Under the pieces are notes generated by a model. The model did not search any database. It was not told where the DNA came from and saw only the letters and a program-made list of their open reading frames with translations. The translations under genes and the position numbers were made by a program. A stretch of DNA of 64,000 nucleotides from Octopus sinensis (lineage: Eukaryota): positions 6,200,001 to 6,264,000 of the forward strand of contig NC_043007.1 in assembly GCF_006345805.1 (NCBI RefSeq). Direction: 5' to 3'. The stretch's first letter is position 1. Every line of letters starts with the position of its first letter. Below, one piece after another: positions 39,264-54,093 of this stretch.

Positions 39264-39637
39264 TGTATGTATGTATGTATGTATGTATGTATGTATATTA
39301 TATATATATGGGCATGTGTATGTGTATATTTACATGTGCGTGTGTGTGTGCAGTGTAAATATGTGTGCAAGTGCGTGTGTTTAAACGAATGGCAGATAAG
39401 TTTAGATTGCAGCATGGACACATTCAAAATTCATAATACTTTAAACAAATAATAAAACTCACACATCACACACACACGCACACAAACGTTTATGTATACA
39501 TAACGTATATTTACTCATCAAAAGCTTTCGGCTTCAACACATTCCATACACTACACAATGACATCTATACTGTCAAAGACATGGACTTGGGAAACTGTAT
39601 ATTATATATATAATAGATACACTCACACACACATATA

Positions 39638-39691
<54 letters not shown>

Positions 39692-40003
39692 CGCGTACAC
39701 AAATACGTATGTATACTCTGCTTCTATAAATGCATAGATCGATATGCGTGCGTGCACATGAGTATGCGTCTGTAGGTATATAAATACTTAATTACTATAG
39801 CAGAGAATACTGGAGCAGAAAATCACACAAATATCCGTTTATTTCTTTCCTTTTTTTCTTTCACTGAGAGCGTAAAACTTTCTATACGTATTCTAAATAC
39901 ATACTTATACACAGAAAAGGTATACGTGTGTGTGTGTGTGTGTTTGTGTGAGTCAGTGTGTGTGTGTGTGCGCGTGTGTGTGTGCACTTGTGTGTGTAGT
40001 ATA

Positions 40004-40050
<47 letters not shown>

Positions 40051-40547
40051 ACATGCATACACACACACATATATGCATGTATCTATTTTTATATGCACAC
40101 ACAGTATTCTGATGTCTTCGAGACCCGTTTCTTCATTTGAAAAGAGCATTACGTTTGTGTATCTATGTATGTTTGATTATACGTAGTCATATATACACAA
40201 TATTATACGATAATTATGTGTATTAGTATAGGCATACACAAACATACATGCTTACAAACACTGACACACACAAAGCCATACATGGGCAAGTGCGTATGTG
40301 CTGGTTAACAGTGTCTGTGTGTGCATACATCATTTGTATGTAAGAATATATTTCATGTTATGTATGGTAATTTTAAACTACATCGAAATATCCTAATACA
40401 TATAGTAAAAATATGTCTGTATAAACACATATCGCCCTGTCTACATACGCATACAGAGATGCTTCTATAGGTGTGTATATACATATTATATAAATGTGTA
40501 TAAATGTGTGTATAAAAGCTACATATGCATACAAAAACACACACATT

Positions 40548-40588
<41 letters not shown>

Positions 40589-41338
40589 CATACATATGTG
40601 TGTGTATACATGCACATATATGATGCATACATAAAAATTCTATTTGTAAATTCGCACGTCTTGTTTTTGTTCCAAAAATTGTTAATATATTTATTACTTA
40701 AGACAAAACATATCATTAATATTTCTCTATAAAAATAAAGTTATGATATCTGAAACAAAGAGGTGCTTAGAAATTTAAATACCTGCTCATGAAAACATAA
40801 TATGTTTTTGTCACATTTGCTACAAGCAAACAAACATGCGTTAATGCTCGCTCAGACACACACAAACATACGCACAAACACATTCATAGGCGCGCACCTA
40901 TGTTACGTAATGTAAGACGGACGAATACAATAAAAGAAACGACGCATTCACAGAGGCGTAGAAACTTTCATTTTATTGTTAAAGCGAAATATCACCTCGC
41001 AACACTTAAAATGTAGCAAAAAAATATAGAAAAGAGAAGCAATAAAATAATACATCACACGAAAAACAATTGGGAAGAAATGTAAATATACTGAAGTGTT
41101 AGATTTACTTCCCACATATATGCATACATACATATATATATATACTTACATACATACATACATACATATATATATATATACATGCATACGTCTATCTATC
41201 TATATATCTATCTATCTATCTATCTATCTCTCTCTATATATAGATAGATAGATAGTTAGACAGATAGACAGCTAGATAGATAGATATACGAATGCATATA
41301 TATATATGACACGTATATACATGTACGTATATATCTAG

Positions 41339-41403
<65 letters not shown>

Positions 41404-41476
41404 GAATAAATGTATATGTACACATACATATTTGTTGATGTGTAAGTATGAACATTCATATATATATATATATATA

Positions 41477-41508
<32 letters not shown>

Positions 41509-42149
41509 ATACACCCAGACAAACATTCAGACTCGTGCGCGCGCACACACACACAGACACACATATAAATGGGTAAGGTGTGTAAGGTCGTGTGTATATT
41601 TACTCTTGCACAATATATTTGAAATTATGTATGAATATACATAATAAAAAAAAAGCTCATGTGCTCATAAACATGTTGCTAGTAGAGACCGACAAATGAA
41701 CAGAAAGCAACGAAAAAAGATTAAAAATCCACAAACCGCAGAACGCAACACCACTGAGAAATAAAATTCTCAAATTGAAAGAAAAAAGAATTATTTTACG
41801 TTAGTTTTTATAACGATTTTCTTCAAATGAATGAAAGAAAACCTAGATGTCAAAATTCTGTAAATACCTACATATATGTGTCTATATATACATTATACAC
41901 ACACGCTCACACACACACACAGATATATATCACATGTAGTTATAGATAAGTATGCATTCGTTAGACAAACAGACTGTGCCAGTTATACGCTTCTCTACAG
42001 ACCTATCTGTGTATGGCTCCGTCTTTCAGGCCATCAATCGAGTTGATAAGCGATATTATTTAACACGATATCATTTCTCATCCCCATATCTATGTTGTAG
42101 CCTTAACTTCAATTCCGTCCACCTACCTATCTGACTACCTACCTGTCTG

Positions 42150-42163
42150 TCAATCTGTCTGTA

Positions 42164-42236
<73 letters not shown>

Positions 42237-42286
42237 CTATCTATCTATCTATCTATCTATCTATCATCTATCTATCTATATCTATC

Positions 42287-42318
<32 letters not shown>

Positions 42319-42320
42319 AC
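42150..42320. repeat. (TATC)n(TA)n microsatellite
   Basis: Directly visible. Confidence 0.95.
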
Positions 42321-42385
42321 ATACTTGAATACGTTATCTTCCCTAAGACTACCCCGGTAATCCTCACATCTTTTTATCTATGAAG

Positions 42386-42431
<46 letters not shown>

Positions 42432-43241
42432 GTGTGTGTATATATTCATGTATATTTAGACACTCAAACACACAACAACACACACGCATATGTAAGCGTG
42501 CATGTGTGCATGTGTGCATGTGGGTATGTGAAATTCAGTTGATGTCTAGCCTAAGTGAAACTTGTTCCATTCGTGGCTATCATCACCGTTTTAGTTGAAT
42601 ATACTTATGGAGTGTCATATCTTGAATATAATCTGCCTATTTTAGATGCTAATGATTGATTTCAGGGAGATATGGCTATATTTTCTGTCGGATCGATAGA
42701 AAAGGTAGGCAATGTTCAAGTTTACCAATGTGTAAAAATAAAAAACAAAACTGAAACACAAAATCACAGACATCTTACATTTTCAGGATTTAAAAAAACT
42801 ATCAGCTGCAAATGTTTCTCTAAGTTATTCTTCTTTAAAGGTAGACAAAAAGATTGCAGACATCCTAGGCGTCAAAAATAAAGACTACACATTTGTGTAC
42901 ATACACAGACGTATTATATGCTCATCAACACATTCAAACAGTTGTATAATATATTATATATATATATATATATTATATATATATATTATATATATATATA
43001 TATATATAATGACTAAGTGTGAGCATACGTTTATATATTGCATGAGACCCGCATCTGTATGGGTTTGTTTGAACGTGTATATATATGTCTATATATATAT
43101 TAGGTAAAATCCATATATACATATATGTATATGCACATATATTTATAGATGTGCATAAAGTATATATATACATGTATATATAAAACATACATACCTATAT
43201 ATATGTAAATATATATATATAAATATGTATAGGTACACACA

Positions 43242-43291
<50 letters not shown>

Positions 43292-43294
43292 ATA

Positions 43295-43325
<31 letters not shown>

Positions 43326-43743
43326 TGTGTGTGTGTGTGTGTGTGTCTGTGTATATATATATATGTATCTACTCACTGATGATGTTTTGCCCTTTCAGCT
43401 CTTGCTAAATCAATTACACGGCAGCTGAAACGCGATGCTGTTAAAACAGTGTAGGAGTAGATTTAATTTTCGTCGATCAATATCTACAATTTGTTCCTCA
43501 CTGGAATTACAATTTCTATGAAACTTCACCAATCACTAAGAAATGCATTTAAAAGAAAAAGAAGTCACCTCTTGATAAATTACATTTTAGTTCTCTATTA
43601 TAGACACTTTTTAGAGATTCACGCATTGGCAAACATATATATAGCGCTAAACGTACGCACACGGGAGCACGCACATGCAAACACACACACAGCGGCGCTC
43701 ACATACATGAGTGCGTATATGTATGTGTTATTTCGCTATATAT

Positions 43744-43777
<34 letters not shown>

Positions 43778-43860
43778 ATATATATTATATGTATATATAT
43801 ATATATACACACATATATATATATATACACATAAACATATTTAAATATACACATACATAC

Positions 43861-43928
<68 letters not shown>

Positions 43929-44218
43929 CATATTCATACATATGTATATATGTATATCCTGTGTGTAAGTGTATGTGTGTATCTTTATATTAATGTATCT
44001 ATATCTATTACTGTATGTGTGTATGTGTTAGTCGACTGAACTTGGGAGACAGGTTCAACATATCGATAATAGTGGGTCATTTTAAAATGCCTGCAGCTGT
44101 TGTCTTTGTATTTTACACACAGTCTTTCACGAATCCTTATATATATGTGAGCGTGCATGTGTGTGTCTTGTATACGTATGTGTGTACATTTATTCGTATA
44201 TGTATTTATATATATATA

Positions 44219-44250
<32 letters not shown>

Positions 44251-44881
44251 CCTATATATATATATATATATATAATATATATATATAATATATATATATA
44301 TATATGTATATATATAAGTTCTGCAAAATCTAAATTCAGATGAATAGGTTAAAGTCATCAGAATTTTGTAGCATGAAACAATTGTAGTACTCCACCTTGG
44401 ATATCTCCGCTGCTTATTTTCATTATATATATATATAAGCATAAATATAATTATGATTTATTTGTATTAGGTACTTAGATTGAGGCACCATCCCAGTTCG
44501 CTATAGACCGCACAGCTCAAAGTTAGGTTAACAGAAAGTAAATAAGTATCAACGATGTACAGGTATGAAAACATCACGTCTATTTAAAGCGGCTTTTTTT
44601 AATCGATGAATGAAAATATTGCATCAATTTGAAAGAAACCACAGAAAAACATCAAGGAAGAATGTAATTATTTTGGTTTCTTGATGTAAATTTGTTAAAA
44701 GTGGTTTATCCTTTATATTGGAAATCTAATTGTTCATCTGCACTGAGAGAACCGGTCTCTTTCAAATTGATGTAATGTTTTCCTTGATCGATTAAATGGA
44801 ACCGCAAGGAACGGCCGTATGTATTGATACTTGTATATCCTCGTAACTTATTGAAATAAGTTAATACATATAAACATATAC

Positions 44882-44935
<54 letters not shown>

Positions 44936-44953
44936 CATACATACATATAAAAA

Positions 44954-45060
44954 TACGGTAGAACCTCGCAGTGCAAGTGTACCATTGTAAGAGTAATTTG
45001 CTGTACGAGCCGAGAGTCGTGCGAATATTTTTGTTGAAGTACGAACGGAAATGCGCAGTA
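44954..45060 (+). mobile_element. Possible pogo/Tigger-like terminal fragment
   Basis: TA|CGGTAGAACCTCGC resembles a CAGTAGAACCTCG-type TIR. No matching second TIR found. Confidence 0.3.
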
Positions 45061-45304
45061 TGAACACAGATGCCATCCTTTATTTAATGTCATTCAGTTA
45101 ATAAACCTGGTTTACATATTTCATTTGCGTTCTCTTCTTTATAATTCTCATTTTACTGGGGTCTTTCAGAACAACAACAACAACAACAAAAACAACAACA
45201 ACAACAACAATAACTGCAGAACCATTCGCCGTCGAATGACACAGTCTTGTTGATCGAATGAATATTCGAATACCTATACATACGTACATAAATACATTGA
45301 TGCA

Positions 45305-46580
45305 GACACCTTCGCTACAGCAGTAGGCAAACTGCAAAATAGGAAGGCACGTATTAGGGCCGTAATAGTTGGATATTGGTAGAAGAAGCTGACGTTTTGT
45401 AGAAACCAATTGATATGGACTAAGGACTATGGAAGGTCAGACTGATATACCACGTTGGCTTGCAACAGCAAGGAGAAATATTGTTGCCAAAAATGAAGTT
45501 ACCGAGATGGCAGGAAACTACAGGCCCATTGCTTGCCAAAACATTACGTACAAACTGTATACAAGTTGCCTCGACCAATTCCTCCAGGACCCTTGTGAGT
45601 CGAACAACATTGTGACAAATGAACAGGCTGGTGGAAAGAAGGGAGTGTGGGGATGTGCAGAACAAATTTTAATAAACAAAGCTTTACTGTCTGAAGTAAG
45701 AAAACAACGCAGAAACCTTGTAACAGTATGGCGTGACTATCAGAAGGCATTCGACTCTGTCCCTCATTCATGGCTGTTGAATTGCCAACATCTTACACTA
45801 CTACCTTAATTGCTGCTATAGAGAGACAAAGACATGGACAACAATTCTTACCCTTACAACTGAGAACAGAATAATTGTTTCTAATAGTATAAGCATTACA
45901 AAAGGGAATATTCCAGGGAGATAGTCTTTCTACAACCGCTTCTGTAGGCTATGTCATGTTTCTGTGGAAGACATGACATCACGCATGTCCTAAAATGTCC
46001 TAATGGTACAACCCACGATGTCGCAAAAACAATTTACAATGCCATCCGCAAAAGAGACTGTCCTGAAATAAACTTTGAAAATCCCTCTGTTATGGAATAC
46101 ATTCATAAAAAAACCAACTTAAGGAATACTGATAGAATATTCACCTTAAACCTCCTGTCAAATGTAAGCATAATAAGCCGGATATTGCTGTTTGGGACAG
46201 CGGGGCAAATGTGTGTACCATCATAGAGTCTAACTGCCCTGCAGATATAAATATCTCTTTGAAAATCAAAATAACAAAAAAGAGAGGATATACTGCTTCG
46301 AAACCTCCGGCATCTATATCCAGACTATGAATTCATATTCACACCAATAATAATTGGAGCACTAGGGTTTGTTAGTAATTGTTTAAAGGAGAATCTGGGA
46401 TTTTCAGAAAGAGAAATTGACCGGGAAAATTACAAGTGCAAACTGTGAGTGGAGCAGTAAAAATATGCAAGGCTCTTCTTAAGTTCCAAATGTGAATTTG
46501 TTCACTTCATCACAAAGATGGAACTTTGTATCTTTGTTGGAAATCGGGTCCCTCCTCAGTGAAAAAAATAAAAAATAGAA
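45305..46580 (+). mobile_element. R4/Dong-clade (REL endonuclease) LINE remnant, internally deleted
   Basis: NYRPIACQNITYKLYT..EQAGGKKGVWGC..VWRDYQKAFDSVPHSWL; GIFQGDSLS; CP..HDVAKTIYNAIRK; HNKPDIAVWD..CTIIESNCPAD; PIIIGALG..VSGAVKICK. Confidence 0.85.
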
Positions 46581-46940
46581 GAGACAATACATACATATAT
46601 TACATGCACACACATACACACACAAAGATCCTTCTCTTTATTTTCTCTCTACATATATATATGTAAATATTATGTCTTATACACACACACACACTATATA
46701 TCTATTATATATATATATATATATTATATATATCTATATAGATATATATATGTGTGTGTGGTGTGTGTATGTGTACATATACATGTTAATATCTCTATGT
46801 GCATGTGTGCGTGTGCGTTTATGCGTAGCATGTATGTATACGATATATCCTTAGTTTCCTCTCTCTCTCTCTCCACTCCTCCTCTCTTTATCTCTATCTA
46901 CATAATCGCATACAGTTCTATATTTAATAGATATGGAATT

Positions 46941-47100
46941 ATATACATTATTTACATTATTTACATTTGACGGATATTTGTCCTCATCTTCTTTGTTGCT
47001 AGCTCAACGTTTCGGCTGGAGGCTATATCAGCCGCAACGTTATGCAAACAAGATGAGGGCAAATATCCGCCAAATGTAAATAACGTAAATAATGTATAAT
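46941..47100. repeat. Fold-back inverted repeat (~72-78-bp arms) centred on a hammerhead-stem-II-like hairpin
   Basis: 46941-47018 pairs with 47029-47100 with few mismatches and one ~7-nt indel. Centre is AACGTTTC-GGCTG-N10-CAGCC-GCAACGTT. Confidence 0.85.
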
Positions 47101-47292
47101 CACCTACAGTTGTGACTTTAACCATTCAACACAGTAACTAAAATAAATTAAAACTCTGCTTATATTATTGCGTCCTTTCATTAGGAAATGCTCGATGCAT
47201 CTTATAAATTTATCGTTTAACAAATCTAACATTAGCACACACACACACACACACGCAGATATACATACACACTTGCATACACACACACATAC

Positions 47293-47336
<44 letters not shown>

Positions 47337-47839
47337 GTAATTGTAATTACACAGTCAAGAGAGAATGCTTAGCAGGATTGCAGTGTAAAATATGTCATCT
47401 TTACGGAGATACCATGATATATCATATGGTTTGCGTTCTCCCAAGTTAGCTGTCGTCCGGGAGGATTAGGTTTTGTAATGGAAACAGGAAACCATTAAAA
47501 CGACGTATTGTTGACACACATGACTTAAATTTCTCTGTCTGTCTGTCTGTCTTCTCTCCCTCTCTTTATATATATATATAATATATATATATATATAATA
47601 TATATATATATACCTATACATGTGTGTTTCCGTTTCTATCTATCTATCTATCTATCTATTCTATCCATATATCACTATCTATCTATCTATATACAGGACG
47701 TGGATTAATTATATTGCTGTCTACATTACGCAAAAATAAGAATAACACTGACATCTCATTTTAGCCGATGTACTTTCCAGGGAGTAAGTATAGGGTGAAA
47801 TTGGCTTTGACTTAGAGAAGGTCATGTGACCATTTGATT

Positions 47840-48564
47840 TGCTTTTGGCTGGTCGAAGCTTCAGATGAAAGGGGACGGACGAATATCAAAAAAATATTTC
47901 TCTTTTTCTCTCTCTCATTCCTCACACGTGACCATCGTTCATCTTTCTTTTCCTCATGTGATCATTTTTTCTCCAGGATTGTCCTAAGGACCCGACGTAT
48001 TCTATCCCACTCTTCTATATTTTCTCTTCCAAAGAGAATATTTCTCCAGCGCTCGCTATTTTACCCTCGTTCCGGTCTAACGATCCATCTTGCTTGTTTT
48101 CGTTCGGTTTACCTGTATGCGTCCACTGTCCTGTTTTTCTTCCCAAATTTTACCCTCCATAAAACAAAAATTTAATTTGGTACTTCTGGGAACAACTGTC
48201 TTCGAAGACTCATATTGTCGTTCAATGCCCGAAATGAGGAGTAGAGAGATAACCTACAACTAATGAAGTGTCGTACGTTGTATTACTTGTCCTGTTTTCC
48301 ATTTGATTCTCGCGTTTTTTGCGTATTGAACCCGTTTGTTTTCGTATTTGTTAAAATGTGACCTCATGTGTACCGCTGGCGATATTTTTCCTCTGTCTTC
48401 CCTTCTCGGGATCTTTCATTCTCCTATGTTTCCGACGAAGAGCTCCGCTCGAAGCGTTAAACCCTCCTTCTTCCCTTCTTTCCTGAGCGTCCAATAATAC
48501 TATATTTGTTCCACGTTCTCGCGTTGTTGTGTTTTTTTATGTTTTCTTGTTTGGATTAACTTCA

Positions 48565-48565
<1 letters not shown>
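47840..48565 (+). mobile_element. PLE-type 3' region with degenerate hammerhead (48428-48462), ending at (TA)n
   Basis: GTTT-CCGACGA-A-GAGC-TCC-GCTC-GAAGC-GT-T-AAAC. The 3' part is homologous to 23240-23420. The 5' boundary is uncertain. Confidence 0.65.
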
Positions 48566-48601
<36 letters not shown>

Positions 48602-48829
48602 TGAATGAACGCAAAACATCCATTTCCGAGTAAGTTTATCTTATATATATATATATCTCTCTCTATATATATATTATATAACACACACACACACACATAT
48701 ATATATACATATATATACATACATATATATATATTACATATATATATACATGAATATATATATATACATATACATATATATATATACATATATATATATA
48801 CATATATATACATATATAAATTAATAATA

Positions 48830-49168
<339 letters not shown>

Positions 49169-49245
49169 ATATACATATATATATATACATACATATGTAT
49201 ATACATACATATATATACATACATACATATACATATATATATATG

Positions 49246-49287
<42 letters not shown>

Positions 49288-50401
49288 CATATATATACAT
49301 ATATACAGATATATATGTACATACAGATATATATACATACGTGTATATATAATATATATTATATATATATATATATACTTACATATATATATATATACAT
49401 ACATATATACATATACTAAATATATACATACATATATACATAGATGCATATATATATATTACATATATATACATACTACATATATATACACATACATATA
49501 TATATACATATATATATTATATATATATATATATATATAATATATAATATATACATACATATATATATATATTTCTGTCTGTCTGTCTTTCTTTAACTAT
49601 CTGTCTGTCTATCTGTCCATCTATATGCATATGTATACGTATATGGGTGTGTATGTCAGTGTGCATGTATATAAAATATAATATTATATATAGATATATG
49701 ACATTTTCCCGGTGAAATTCTGAATTAATAAACAAACGAATATTCATATTCTTCGCTCTTAAGCTGAACAAAGAGAGACAAAAGCTTTTCCGTGTCAAAA
49801 AACACTTTAGCGAATCCATTATTCGTAAATGTGTAGCTTTGAAATTCATTTGCTTTCCCATAAAATTATGTAAAAAGAAAAAAGTGACTTATTATCCGGT
49901 ATTGTTCCGTTCTAATTTATCTCTAGAGAGGTTTGCTTTATATCAAGAATCTCATTGATTTATATGTGCTTCATAAATATTTATTACAATATTGCATCAA
50001 TATGAAGTTTGTATTCCTGATTTTACTTTAGGTCGGTTATTTCACTTCCAGTTTGCTAGGCTTTCCGTTGATCCGATCTATTTTCACTCTCATTGCCTGT
50101 ATAACGAGAAACCAAATCAGAATTTACACGATCGAGCAAAGAATATTAACGATTTATTCTCTCGGCTATCCATGATGTTTAAAAACACGAAGGAACCATT
50201 TATCTGTTGGTTTAAGCAAAATTTCAGGCGCAGAAGTTGGGAAGCACACTGATTATATCTGATGGTGTATACTATTCTTCAATTAGTTTAGTGGTTTTAT
50301 ACGATATGTATATTTTTTCCCTATAAGTTACCTTTAAGCTGATGGGACTATTCTGAAACTTGGGTGTTTTACACCAACATACAGGTATGTATGTGTGTAT
50401 G

Positions 50402-50435
<34 letters not shown>

Positions 50436-50579
50436 TGTATGTATGTATGTATGTATGTATGTATGTATGTGTGTGTGCGTGTATGTATGTATGTATGTAT
50501 GTATGTATGTATGTATGTATGTATGTGTGTGTGTGTATGTATGAGAATATGTATGTTAATAAATATATATATATACACA

Positions 50580-50718
50580 TATTAGAGGGAAACCACTATG
50601 TGGGCACCCTTATAGCTAGAAATAGATTTGCTATGGTCTTACCACTATGAAATGTTCTCAAGAAAAATTTAGCAAAACAACCAAAACGTAATCGAGCAGA
50701 AGTGGTTTCCCTCTAATA
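50580..50718. mobile_element. 139-bp MITE-like element with perfect 18-bp terminal inverted repeats
   Basis: TATTAGAGGGAAACCACT (50580-50597) and AGTGGTTTCCCTCTAATA (50701-50718). The outer TA may be the target-site duplication. Confidence 0.7.
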
Positions 50719-50830
50719 CGTATATAATAAATTTTACTGAATCTTCATTTTTGTTATGTGCTAGGCCACTGGCGTGAAATCGATGTTAATTAAATTAATA
50801 TCTAATTTCTCACCCTCATTTTAAATATAA

Positions 50831-50876
<46 letters not shown>

Positions 50877-51204
50877 TAATTGAGAGAGTGGAACGGAGAA
50901 AATCCAGGCTACCTATGTTTCTTAGCTAATGTTCTGATCCAACAATTACTCAACGAAGGGTCCTCAGGTTAGCTAGTCATCAGGCCAAGATTACCTTAAC
51001 TATATGAAGCTTACAATGCTGCTTGCAATTCCCAACTTAATGTACTATAGGTGTGAGTTCAAATGCATGGCGAAGCCATGACAGACAGAATAAAAGAAAT
51101 TTCGGGAAAAATGAAACGGTCAAGTAATAAGAGAAAGAAAAAGATGCGGGGGTGGGAATCGTATAAGGTGGTTAAGAATGAGGGAAAAGACTTGACCATA
51201 GTTA

Positions 51205-52260
51205 TCCTCTTTCACATTGATTTTGAGAGAGATATCCCCTTCAGCAGGACAGTTGACCTCTATGACGGTACATACTTTTTCTTGTCTCTCCCAAATAACA
51301 CTATCCGACCTGCTTTGAAGGAAATGTTGCGCCTGTATTCCTTGAGCTCATATTTGCGTACATTTTGAACAACAGGCGACTCTCCGTATTTATTCCAAAA
51401 TAGTTTGTTTTCCTAATGGCATTGTATGGCGTCCTTGCAGCAACGTTATGCGCAAAGAGAGGCTGTATCTTGATGACATCTTTGGGCAGTTTTTAATCAT
51501 ATGTGTGATGTTTTCCACAGAAATATGACGTAATCTACACTCTCCGTTGCATCTTGGGACGTCAAGAGTTTCATTGCCTCTTTCGTTTATTAAGTTTTTA
51601 GTAGCAGTCTTCTATTCTTGGATTGAAAATTCATAACCTTCGAAGAATAATGTGATGTAGAGGTTACGCGTCCAAAAGAGGTTTCGCTTTCTGTCAATAT
51701 TGCTGTCTTCTTGAAGTCTTCGAGAAGCGTACACACGCATGGTAATTATTTGTGAGCTGAGAGTTTCACATCCTGGTCTTCTTTGAGGTATATTAGTCCG
51801 GATGTTCTGGAATTGTATGGGAGGTCATCAAGGGGAGCGTGCTTGCTGGGGAGCTCACTTCCAACACGTACATTATGGTTCTCTTCACTGAGTCAATGTG
51901 TTTATTTTTGCAGCTGTTTAGCAAGAGATGTCTGTGAAAGAGCGTGCGACATTCGAAGGCTGACGGCACTAATCTCAGGTCTTCACTTCCTTTACCTCTT
52001 CGGTAGAACATGTCCATATCACTATTCTTGTGGAGATTTCCAATAGATGTCAATATCTTGCGGAGGGTTTTAACGTCAATCGAGTGCATTATCCTTACAT
52101 ACCACTGAAGCATCATAAATGTTGGAATCAACACTTGTACTGCAAATGAATTGTGGGATATTTTCCTGTGGTAAGAGTAGATATCCGATTGCCATATTTT
52201 CTCATTCTGGCATAATATACCCTGGTCAATTTATCTTAATCCACAGCACCTTCGTATGAA
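51205..52260 (-). mobile_element. R4/Dong-clade LINE remnant
   Basis: IDVKTLRKILTSIGNLHKNSDMD..AFECR; CPKMSSRY; SRSDSVIWERQEKVCTVIEVNCPAE (REL endonuclease). Confidence 0.8.
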
Positions 52261-52429
52261 ATGCTTTCATCAATACTCAGAGCAAGAAAGATAGAAAGAC
52301 CAATGATGCAGAGGATTTGGGACTGAGGGAGCGATTTTCCGTATTCAAAAATAAAATGCGAACATATGACACAATTCCATTCGTAGGTCAGCCGAAAATG
52401 TAGTTATTAATTCTAGTAATATTGTCATG

Positions 52430-52793
<364 letters not shown>

Positions 52794-52986
52794 TTTATCT
52801 CAGTAGATGACCACAGCATCTTGTTTTGGCTACACGCGGGTGGGAAGGGGTTGGTGACACAATCTTTTCATTCACACATTGAATTTGGTGATACTAGTTG
52901 CGGATTCTAGCTCGCTCTGATACTGAGTTGAGTTGGTGCCTTCTAGTATCTCAAAATTCAATATATATCATTTATGATTATAGTAT

Positions 52987-53086
52987 TCTACGCTGAAGAG
53001 AAAAGAAGTTTTGGTAAGATAGAATTATTTAATATTTAATTCTTATGCTTTCCTAAAAACTTGATTTCGAAACGTGCGTCCGTAGA
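52987..53086 (+). ncRNA. Type I hammerhead ribozyme, all core nucleotides intact, GUC cleavage site
   Basis: TCTACG-CTGAAGA-G(AAA..AAGTTTT....AAAACTT..TTT)C-GAAAC-GTGC-GTC-CGTAGA. Stem I 6 bp perfect, long AU-rich stem II, short stem III. Predicted cleavage after 53080. Confidence 0.85.
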
Positions 53087-53271
53087 TAACTTAAAATTGT
53101 ATGATAGATTGCCGTCAATTCATTCTCTCTTACCTGTTTGTGTCTGCCTTCCAATTGCTGTTTTTACTGAGATCTCCCTTTTTAGTAGAAGAAATAGCTA
53201 TAACTCTTTGACTGCTATTTCTAAATTCGGTATGTGGTAAGGCAATTCGTTGCTAAACCCTTTATTGCTTA

Positions 53272-53320
<49 letters not shown>

Positions 53321-53355
53321 TACATATATATATATATACACGTATATATATATAT

Positions 53356-53393
<38 letters not shown>

Positions 53394-53621
53394 TATATAT
53401 GTTTGTATATATATGTATGTATATATGTATATATAACACGACAACGTTGTTTATTGACATCTCATTAAAGATGGACTGATACATGTGATGCCCACGTAGA
53501 TGGACATATTTGAATGCCTACGTGAATACACTGGGGTTAAATGGGATCGACTTGTCCCCTTCCACCAAATTGAAGGCCTTTTGCCTTTAGTAGAAAGGAT
53601 TATTATCATCGTTATTATCAT

Positions 53622-53775
53622 GGCGGCGAGATGGCAAAATGGTTAGCACGTCGGGCGAAATGCTTAGCAGAATTTCTTCAGTCTTCATCTTCTGAGTTCA
53701 AATGCTACCGGGGTAGACTTTGGCTTTCATCCCTTCGGCGTCGATAAAATAAGCACCAGTTGAGTTCTGGGGTTA
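53622..53775 (+). mobile_element. Family-A SINE (with a separate tail fragment at ~53520-53605)
   Basis: GGCGGCGAGATGGCAAAATGGTTAGCAC...GAGTTCAAAT...TTTCATCCCTTCGGCGTCGATAAAATAAGCACCAG. Confidence 0.8.
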
Positions 53776-53784
53776 CCAAATTTG

Positions 53785-53800
53785 AAATTATTATTATTAA

Positions 53801-53881
<81 letters not shown>

Positions 53882-53898
53882 CATTATTATTATTATTA

Positions 53899-53929
<31 letters not shown>

Positions 53930-53954
53930 ATTATTATTATTATTATTTATTATT

Positions 53955-53989
<35 letters not shown>

Positions 53990-54056
53990 CATCATCATCA
54001 TTATTATTATTATTATATTATTATTATTATTATCATCATCATTATTATATTATTAA

Positions 54057-54093
<37 letters not shown>

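Noticed and set aside
49992-50252. 86-aa ORF with a possible acceptor (TTTACTTTAG|G)
   Set aside because: No recognisable homology and no linked upstream exon.
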